From: a virus
Strand: one strand, 5' to 3'
DNA: 6,144 nt
IMG/VR virus record: IMGVR_UViG_3300020029_000019
Location: 1-6,144 of that record
Positions 1 through 4,775 of the stretch are shown here, piece by piece; positions within the stretch are counted from its first letter, which is position 1; each line of letters starts with the position of its first letter. The notes beneath the pieces were generated by a model that saw only the letters and a list, made by a program, of their open reading frames with translations, was not told the DNA's origin and did not search any database. A program made the translations under genes and the position numbers.

Positions 1-121
1 ACCAATAAATGAACCATAACCAAGCATATCCAACAGCTTGCAAGAGCCATAAGCAAATCCAAAGCCAGCGTCATCCACAGTGCCAGAATCCACTCTATTA
101 CGAATTTCACCAGAAATATTG
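1..121. repeat. Terminal direct repeat, copy 1 (circular wrap-around)
   Basis: Compared base by base, it is identical to 6024..6144 (ACCAATAAATGAACCATAACCAAGC...CACCAGAAATATTG). Confidence 0.97.
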
Positions 122-480
122 ACAAGAGGGGCATACGGGACACTAGTCAATTGTTCTGTATTAGAAACATTGCTAGCCGCGCTAGTCATATAATCCGTCA
201 TTTGAGTAAAAGCTTGCGGAAGCGCACGAGAAATCAAACGTAACGGCACGGCATAGAAGTCATAATACTCCTTAATACGGGTATAAGCAGCAGTATTGAC
301 TGGAACGGTACGAGTAAACCAGTCAGACGAAATACGATATTTCGTACCGGGAATAGCAATTTGCCAATAGCAAGGAAGAATCTCACCAACTTTAGCGGTA
401 AACAGCTTTTTCGAACTTAAGTCAAAAGATGAGCGATGGGTAGGAATTTTCGCTCGGTCCAAAGGATTAAAATCACTCAT
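1..480 (-). CDS. Major capsid protein VP1 (phiX174 F-like), N-terminal part. True start ATG at 480..478; continues across the circular junction into 6023..4776 (1..121 duplicates 6024..6144)
   Basis: Hand translation of the minus strand from 480 gives MSDFNPLDRAKIPTHRSSFDLSSKKLFTAKVGEILPCYWQIAIPGTKYRISSDWFTRTVPVNTAAYTRIKEYYDFYAVPLRLISRALPQAFTQMTDYMTSAASNVSNTEQLTSVPYAPLVNISGEIRNRVDSGTVDDAGF with no stop down to base 1. It is in frame with the 4776..6116 track ORF (387 nt = 129 codons upstream of it). The FDLS..(K)L....G.L.P and YDF..VP.R patterns are typical of Microviridae capsid N-termini. It is absent from the ORF track only because it runs off the window edge. Confidence 0.9.
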   Translation of the reverse strand, partial: MSDFNPLDRAKIPTHRSSFDLSSKKLFTAKVGEILPCYWQIAIPGTKYRISSDWFTRTVPVNTAAYTRIKEYYDFYAVPLRLISRALPQAFTQMTDYMTSAASNVSNTEQLTSVPYAPLVNISGEIRNRVDSGTVDDAGFGFAYGSCKLLDMLGYGSFIG

Positions 481-499
481 AATTAATTAATATTTAAAA

Positions 500-2176
500 T
501 TAAACCATACGGTTGAAAATATTATTAGCATCATTAAGCTTCTTGTGTTTAATCATATTACAACAGAATGTCGAACTACGGTACCGGAGCTGCTCAAGAA
601 TCTGAACCGTTTCACGTGAAATATTCGACAAGACATCAATCTCCTGCCCGTACGCAGGCAACGCAAACATACAATCCGAAATCTCAGGGTATTGGGCACG
701 GATGTTATATGCATCTCGTAAACTTTCATAATTCGCTTTCTTTTCATATTCTATGCCTGTTTTAATGATAAAATTAATACGACCGGAGTAAGCACTAACA
801 TCAGAACCGAAGTCAGGCAAATGCCAGTTACGGAAGAATTTAGAGACATATAGGAACAACCTATACAACTTATTAACAAAAGATTCAGCATCGAAATCAA
901 CAGAACAGTAACCAAACCTAGTAGAACACCGAGAAGCATGTAATACAATCTTGTCATCATCAGTAAGAATAGGATTAACCTTAAGATATTTATAATAAGC
1001 ATTGACAAGGCCTAGAATCGAGTCTCTGTAGTGAATAATCCCGAATCTTGCAACTCTTTGCGGCGTGCGATGCACAGCGAGAAGAATTCGAGCAATCGCA
1101 GCACTATCGTCATTGCGAGCAGACGAGAATCGGGGCAGTAAGGTACGGATATACGACATGGGTGGAGTTGACCGAACACTGACGCCGTTGAAGTTATAGA
1201 TTCGTCCGTTAACGACAGAATCGATTTTTTTCTCAATTTGAGAATAAGGGTCGTCGTCTTCCATGAAATCGCAACCTTTCTCAAAAAATCCGACAGACGC
1301 TCGCGATTTGAGTCTAAACGCGCGGCATGAGCGATATAAAAGGGGAGCAGCACTAAGGCTGTTAACGTAACTCGCAACGTACGAACCAGCTCCACCAGCG
1401 GCACGTTGGAAATCTGAACGACCGAGCTTCCAACTCTTATCGTGACAGTGTCGTAGAACCTCGGAGACTTCGTCCGAGTTTGTGAATAATAAGAGATGAT
1501 AATGCGGGCGGAAATGAACGGGTCCGTACTCACCCACAGCGTAGAAATGTAACGTTTCATAAGAACCTAGTGTTTGGAATAAATGTTTACGTAAACGTTT
1601 AATATAATTCTGAACATCAACATAATTCAGGAAGGGAATAAGGTTATCACGACCGTATTGCGAAGAAACGGGATAGTCCGTTTTGCCAACGGCTTGCGTC
1701 TTATAGATAAAACTACGAATAGCATCCATACTAAGGAACCAATTATCCCTAACAGGGACATATTCCTTAATTTCACGGTCATACGGCACAGTGCCTTGAA
1801 CCTGCTCGAAGAATATATGATGCAACATGGAGTTATCATCACATTTATATTCAGAAACAGAGATATACTGATGATGTTCATCGCCAAAATGAGAATCTCC
1901 TGAAATGCCTAAAACATCCTCATATTCACTATGAAGAACCTTACAATTCATAAGAGGAATGTGTACATTGTCATAAGTAAGAGTTACAAAATAAGAATAC
2001 TTAAAAGCACTTCCAGCGGTCTTCACACGCATGGACGCTTTTTTAGCACGCTTATGGATACAATAATCACATTGACCACAATCCACGGCAATGCGTGCAC
2101 CGGTGTATTTGTTCGTAATAAACGAACGATATTGACAATGGTCAACAGCCTTAAACAAATCAGGAGAAAATTTCAT
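500..2176 (-). CDS. Replication initiation protein VP4 (HUH rolling-circle endonuclease, phiX174 gpA-like)
   Basis: 558 aa, ATG at 2176..2174, TAA at 502..500. Motif I is FVTLTY (aa 63-68). The HUH motif is GEYGPVHFRPHYHLLLF (H225/H227, nt 1504..1496). The two-tyrosine motif is GSYVASYVNS (Y266 nt 1381..1379, Y270 nt 1369..1367), with the Y-x3-Y spacing of the phiX174 gpA catalytic tyrosines. There is an N-terminal Cys cluster, CGQCDYC (aa 33-39). Confidence 0.93.
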   Translation of the reverse strand: MKFSPDLFKAVDHCQYRSFITNKYTGARIAVDCGQCDYCIHKRAKKASMRVKTAGSAFKYSYFVTLTYDNVHIPLMNCKVLHSEYEDVLGISGDSHFGDEHHQYISVSEYKCDDNSMLHHIFFEQVQGTVPYDREIKEYVPVRDNWFLSMDAIRSFIYKTQAVGKTDYPVSSQYGRDNLIPFLNYVDVQNYIKRLRKHLFQTLGSYETLHFYAVGEYGPVHFRPHYHLLLFTNSDEVSEVLRHCHDKSWKLGRSDFQRAAGGAGSYVASYVNSLSAAPLLYRSCRAFRLKSRASVGFFEKGCDFMEDDDPYSQIEKKIDSVVNGRIYNFNGVSVRSTPPMSYIRTLLPRFSSARNDDSAAIARILLAVHRTPQRVARFGIIHYRDSILGLVNAYYKYLKVNPILTDDDKIVLHASRCSTRFGYCSVDFDAESFVNKLYRLFLYVSKFFRNWHLPDFGSDVSAYSGRINFIIKTGIEYEKKANYESLRDAYNIRAQYPEISDCMFALPAYGQEIDVLSNISRETVQILEQLRYRSSTFCCNMIKHKKLNDANNIFNRMV

Positions 2177-2181
2177 AATTA

Positions 2182-2487
2182 CTAACGTTTATCAATCACC
2201 TGACGACGATTACGGTCACCAAACGAAATATGAATAAATGTAGGGTACAATATTAACTGGTCAAACACATGAACATTATCCGAAAAACTATGAATATGTT
2301 CAAGTAACCGGTTATAAGTAGTAGAACCATAAGGTTTCATATCAATAGCCTCACCAAATAGATGCTGGGAATTGAAAACACCACCAGCGGCCTTATTCTC
2401 AGCGATAGAACGCTTGGCACTTGTTATAGTAAAATGCAAGTTAAAGCATAACAAATGCTCAAGAAAATCCATAAGAGTAGAATTCAT
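2182..2487 (-). CDS. Peptidase M15 family (zinc D-Ala-D-Ala carboxypeptidase / LAS-fold cell-wall hydrolase), endolysin-like
   Basis: 101 aa, ATG 2487..2485, TAG 2184..2182. ITSAKRSIAENKAAGGVFNSQHLFGEAIDM matches the M15 signature (itSgyRs...N...GG...S.H..G.A.D). The H-x6-D zinc pair is H42 (nt 2364..2362) and D49 (2343..2341). The C-terminal LILYPTFIHISF supplies the third ligand, H86 (2232..2230). Caveats: the domain is minimal, and Ser rather than Asp follows the last His. Confidence 0.75.
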   Translation of the reverse strand: MNSTLMDFLEHLLCFNLHFTITSAKRSIAENKAAGGVFNSQHLFGEAIDMKPYGSTTYNRLLEHIHSFSDNVHVFDQLILYPTFIHISFGDRNRRQVIDKR

Positions 2488-2567
2488 AAACCAATAGCAT
2501 TAAGGATATAACCAAGAGCGGCAGAAACAGCACCAATCACAATCTTCCAAATATTATTCCTTTTCAT
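2484..2567 (-). CDS. 27-aa single-pass membrane peptide (MKRNNIWKIVIGAVSAALGYILNAIGL), possible holin-like or membrane partner of the peptidase
   Basis: ATG at 2567..2565. The TGA stop (2486..2484) overlaps the peptidase ATG (2487..2485) as ATGA. 18 of 27 codons end in T, matching the genome-wide T-ending codon preference, so this is the coding frame here. A basic N-terminus (KR) is followed by a ~22-residue hydrophobic helix. It is the 3' portion of the 74-aa track ORF 2484..2708. Confidence 0.5.
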   Translation of the reverse strand: MKRNNIWKIVIGAVSAALGYILNAIGL

Positions 2568-2751
2568 TGCTTTGAGTTTTAAGTTCAACGAAATCATTTT
2601 CTTCTTTAATCGAATCCACAATAACAATAAGACCCAACGAAGAAATTCGCTCAGAATAATTTCCAAGACCATCGAGAGAATTAACGATATAAGGCGAAAT
2701 AACATCACGACCTGTGTTTTTGTCCTTAACTGAGATAATAAATTTCTGCAT
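2554..2751 (-). CDS. Hypothetical protein, 65 aa (no recognisable family)
   Basis: ATG 2751..2749 is the first start codon after the non-coding region and promoter candidate. It has strong T-ending codon usage (ATT TCG CCT TAT ATC GTT AAT TCT CTC GAT GGT CTT ...) and a balanced, soluble-looking composition. It overlaps the 27-aa ORF by 14 nt. Confidence 0.6.
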   Translation of the reverse strand: MQKFIISVKDKNTGRDVISPYIVNSLDGLGNYSERISSLGLIVIVDSIKEENDFVELKTQSNEKE

Positions 2752-2801
2752 AATCGTAATAATTTTTAAAGTGTTAATAATGATTGTAACTTCTACTGGA
2801 G

Positions 2802-2832
2802 CAAAGGTATGAGTTTTTTTCGTATTTCCAAA
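2802..2832 (-). promoter_or_regulatory. Candidate Bacteroidota-type promoter (-33 TTTG / -7 TAnnTTTG) driving the accessory block and rep
   Basis: On the minus strand, TTTG (2832..2829) is followed by 19 nt and then TACCTTTG (2809..2802). This fits the Bacteroides sigma-AB consensus TAnnTTTG with an upstream TTTG. It lies ~50 nt upstream of the ATG at 2751, in a stretch that is 24% GC and rich in A-tracts. Confidence 0.35.
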
Positions 2833-2878
2833 ATTTTTTTAGAAATTGTGGGGAGAGGACCATTTGTGATGGAGTGTG

Positions 2879-2946
2879 AGTTGTGCGTTTATGGACAAGA
2901 GTAGGAGAATCCGAGAGGATAACTCGGATTTGCTTCGCACACAACT
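2879..2946. other. Nested inverted repeat
   Basis: The outer stem is AGTTGTGCG (2879..2887) paired with CGCACACAACT (2936..2946): 9 bp with a 2-nt bulge. The inner stem is a perfect 8 bp, AATCCGAG (2908..2915) with CTCGGATT (2923..2930), and a 7-nt loop AGGATAA. Confidence 0.6.
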
Positions 2947-2996
2947 AGGGGCTTCGCTTAATTAACAAGTGGATGTATACAGAGGTGTATAGGCAC

Positions 2997-3036
2997 GGCA
3001 AGGCAGAGGCTGTCTTGCCTTTGCGCGCCGTCGCGC
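2997..3036. other. Two adjacent GC-rich hairpins
   Basis: GGCAAGGCA (2997..3005) pairs with TGTCTTGCC (3011..3019): 9 bp including one G-T at 3003/3013, with loop GAGGC. Next, GCGCG (3023..3027) pairs with CGCGC (3032..3036), with tetraloop CCGT. Confidence 0.6.
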
Positions 3037-3045
3037 TAAAATACC

Positions 3046-3082
3046 GGAGCGGGGCGCTCCTATAAGGAAGTCGCTCCGCTCC
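3046..3082. other. 11-bp hairpin with a competing local fold
   Basis: GGAGCGGGGCG (3046..3056) pairs with CGCTCCGCTCC (3072..3082): 11 bp with one G-T at 3053/3075 and a 15-nt loop. Alternatively, GGAGCG (3046..3051) pairs with CGCTCC (3055..3060) around a 3-nt loop. Confidence 0.6.
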
Positions 3083-3094
3083 ATTTTCGAACAG

Positions 3095-3141
3095 GCCCTA
3101 CGCGGGCGGCGGGTGTATATCGCTCAAACGCCGCGATGGGC
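3095..3141. other. Long-range GC stem
   Basis: GCCC (3095..3098) pairs with GGGC (3138..3141), and CGCGG (3101..3105) pairs with CCGCG (3131..3135). A 2x2 internal loop separates the two stems, which enclose 25 nt including GGGTGTATA. Confidence 0.5.
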
Positions 3142-3219
3142 TTCTAGTCCTGAAGTACGCTATTGTCTACCTAACTTAGGAATAATCTAAAATACACAAG
3201 AAAATAGATTTGCCAACGA

Positions 3220-4323
3220 CTAATAACCGATACCATTAGAACTATTATAAATAGTAGTGTTACGAGGACCGTAATCATTACGAAAAATCTGAGGACCGGG
3301 TCGCATAGCTCCAATTACATTACCGGCACCTTGAAAAATACGAGACGTATAATCTATCGCATTACGCAAACCATATGAATCAAAATCTTTCTTAGTATTA
3401 CCAGCAGACCACTTATAATAATCACGAATAGCCTTATCCTTAGAATACTGGATATTTTTACGATGATTCACATTTTTATAATCCCATAAAGAATCATAAT
3501 ACTGTGTATAATAAGCCATATTCGTAGCACTTACAAGAGCATTAGCAGTACCAGAAGCTATTTCATTAGAAATACGCTGGCCTCGAGCCTGAGCGGCGAC
3601 CAGAATAGCACGCTGAAGTTCAGTCTGGACTTGTTTTTCAGTCAGAGCACCCTGCTGGACAAGATTATAAAGATACTGGCTCTTAGTGAGCAAATCGGCC
3701 TGTTGATTTGCGTCCATATATTTATTAAGCACAGCTTGAGCATCAGATTGTAAGTAAACGTGTGTTGTCTGAGCCGCAGACAATTTACCAGCAGCAACCG
3801 CATTTTCAAGTTCCTGACGTTCTGTAGACTGGTCCAACTCCGCAGAAATGCGACCTGTTTCAGAATTCCAATAACCAGATTCACCGACGCCAATATTCTT
3901 ATAATTGGTATCTCCCATAATTTTCCTTGCCAAAAGAGGAGTAAGAGTCTCAATTTGACTAGATTCAGAAATAGACTTACGAGCCTGGGCAAATGTTGCT
4001 AACGCGGAATCAATGCCAGACAAATCCACATGAACACCTTGCATAGCCGGAGTAGTAGGGATAGTAGCCTGAGGAGAAGGGCCGGGAGAAGCAGAAGTAC
4101 CAGCACCAGTCTGGTGAAGGAATGGATTCAAACCTCGGACAATCTGAGCAGCAGGAGAATTATATTGGTTTTGATAATCAACCATATATTTCTGCCATTG
4201 TCGAGACAGCTGAGCCTCATTTTGGGCAGCCACACGATTCTGTGTAGCGATTAATTCATTAGTCGCATTCGCATTAGACTGCGACATAGCATTAATCATA
4301 CTGCCAAACAACGAACCTATCAT
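3220..4323 (-). CDS. Minor capsid / DNA pilot protein VP2
   Basis: 367 aa, ATG 4323..4321, TAG 3222..3220. A Gly/Ser-rich N-terminus is followed by QNQYNSPAAQIVRGLNPFL, the N.P..Q....GLNP.L signature of gokusho/alpa-type VP2. The centre is Gln/Ala-rich and looks coiled-coil. It sits downstream of VP1 and the scaffold-position gene. Confidence 0.8.
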   Translation of the reverse strand: MIGSLFGSMINAMSQSNANATNELIATQNRVAAQNEAQLSRQWQKYMVDYQNQYNSPAAQIVRGLNPFLHQTGAGTSASPGPSPQATIPTTPAMQGVHVDLSGIDSALATFAQARKSISESSQIETLTPLLARKIMGDTNYKNIGVGESGYWNSETGRISAELDQSTERQELENAVAAGKLSAAQTTHVYLQSDAQAVLNKYMDANQQADLLTKSQYLYNLVQQGALTEKQVQTELQRAILVAAQARGQRISNEIASGTANALVSATNMAYYTQYYDSLWDYKNVNHRKNIQYSKDKAIRDYYKWSAGNTKKDFDSYGLRNAIDYTSRIFQGAGNVIGAMRPGPQIFRNDYGPRNTTIYNSSNGIGY

Positions 4324-4763
4324 TGAACACTAGAGGCAGGGGCGGAATCCGAAGACGGCACTGCCTTATCCGCTGCCAACAAAGACTCAGCATAAGCTGA
4401 AAGTTCAGACTTCTCACTAGCTAATTGCCGCAATACAGCCTGTCGCTCTGACATAGTCTGACAATGTCGAGAAATAATACAATTAAACCGCTCATCATCC
4501 GACATATTATCCATGGAGGTAGACTGAGTAGGATGCATTTGCGCAAGAATATTCTGGACATTCATATCGCCAAGGAGACGACGATATTTTTCTTGGTTGA
4601 GGAGAATGGAAGTCATATCCATATACATATACGAACCGTCAGACAATTTTTCCAACATAACCGAATCATATACACTAGGTTCATAACAAGGATTCCCTTC
4701 AATCAATTCAGGGGTAACAGTATCCTGTTCAAAATCAGGATTAATATAAGCAAAACTTCTCAT
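4320..4763 (-). CDS. Hypothetical acidic protein, possibly an internal scaffolding protein (VP3 position)
   Basis: I place the start at ATG 4763..4761 (MRSFAYINPDF..., 147 aa). The track start at 4775 is a TTG abutting the VP1 stop. The TGA (4322..4320) overlaps the VP2 ATG as ATGA. The protein is rich in Asp, Glu and Ser. The scaffold assignment rests only on position and composition. Confidence 0.6.
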   Translation of the reverse strand: MRSFAYINPDFEQDTVTPELIEGNPCYEPSVYDSVMLEKLSDGSYMYMDMTSILLNQEKYRRLLGDMNVQNILAQMHPTQSTSMDNMSDDERFNCIISRHCQTMSERQAVLRQLASEKSELSAYAESLLAADKAVPSSDSAPASSVQ

Positions 4764-4775
4764 AACAACACACAA

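Larger units (their letters stand above)
2860..3160. other. GC-rich, ORF-poor structured non-coding island (hairpin cluster). Candidate complementary-strand origin, structured RNA or recombination site
   Basis: By hand count, 2991..3150 is 100/160 GC (62.5%), against 24/100 for 2741..2840. There is no ORF of 60 aa or more in any frame. It holds five or more verified inverted repeats (listed separately). Confidence 0.6.

Noticed and set aside
481-499. AT-only rep/VP1 spacer. Its minus strand reads AAATATTAATTAATT and shares ATATTAAT with the phiX174 origin core as I remember it (CAACTTGATATTAATAAC)
   Set aside because: An 8-mer of only A and T in a 19-bp AT-only spacer is expected by chance. 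The flanking CAACTTG nick context is absent, and the phiX origin lies inside gene A, not in a spacer. It is worth testing only if Rep nicking assays are done anyway.
2568-2708. N-terminal two-thirds of the 74-aa ORF (MMLFRLISLILSMVLEIILSEFLRWVLLLLWIRLKKK...). With the C-terminal helix this would make a tempting 2-TM class-II-holin-like protein
   Set aside because: This segment is the +1 frame of the 65-aa ORF, whose own frame carries the T3 codon signature. Here T falls at codon position 2, the same artefact pattern seen elsewhere. Only the part downstream of 2567 shows coding-type codon usage. A genuine overprinted holin is not excluded, but it is not supported.
3081-3098. TTCGAA in CCATTTTCGAACAGGCCC, resembling a tRNA T-loop. 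It raised the idea of a tRNA or tRNA-derived att site
   Set aside because: On either strand the flanking bases do not form a 5-bp T-stem, and I could not build acceptor or anticodon arms around it.
3170-3180. Palindrome CCTAA-C-TTAGG just downstream of the VP2 stop, considered as a possible terminator
   Set aside because: A 1-nt loop is sterically impossible for a hairpin, and no T-run follows on the coding strand. It may be a protein-binding palindrome, but there is no support for that.
4764-4775. Track start of the 151-aa ORF at 4775 (MCVVM...)
   Set aside because: The codon at 4775..4773 is TTG and directly abuts the VP1 stop. The first ATG is at 4763..4761, so I use that start (147 aa).
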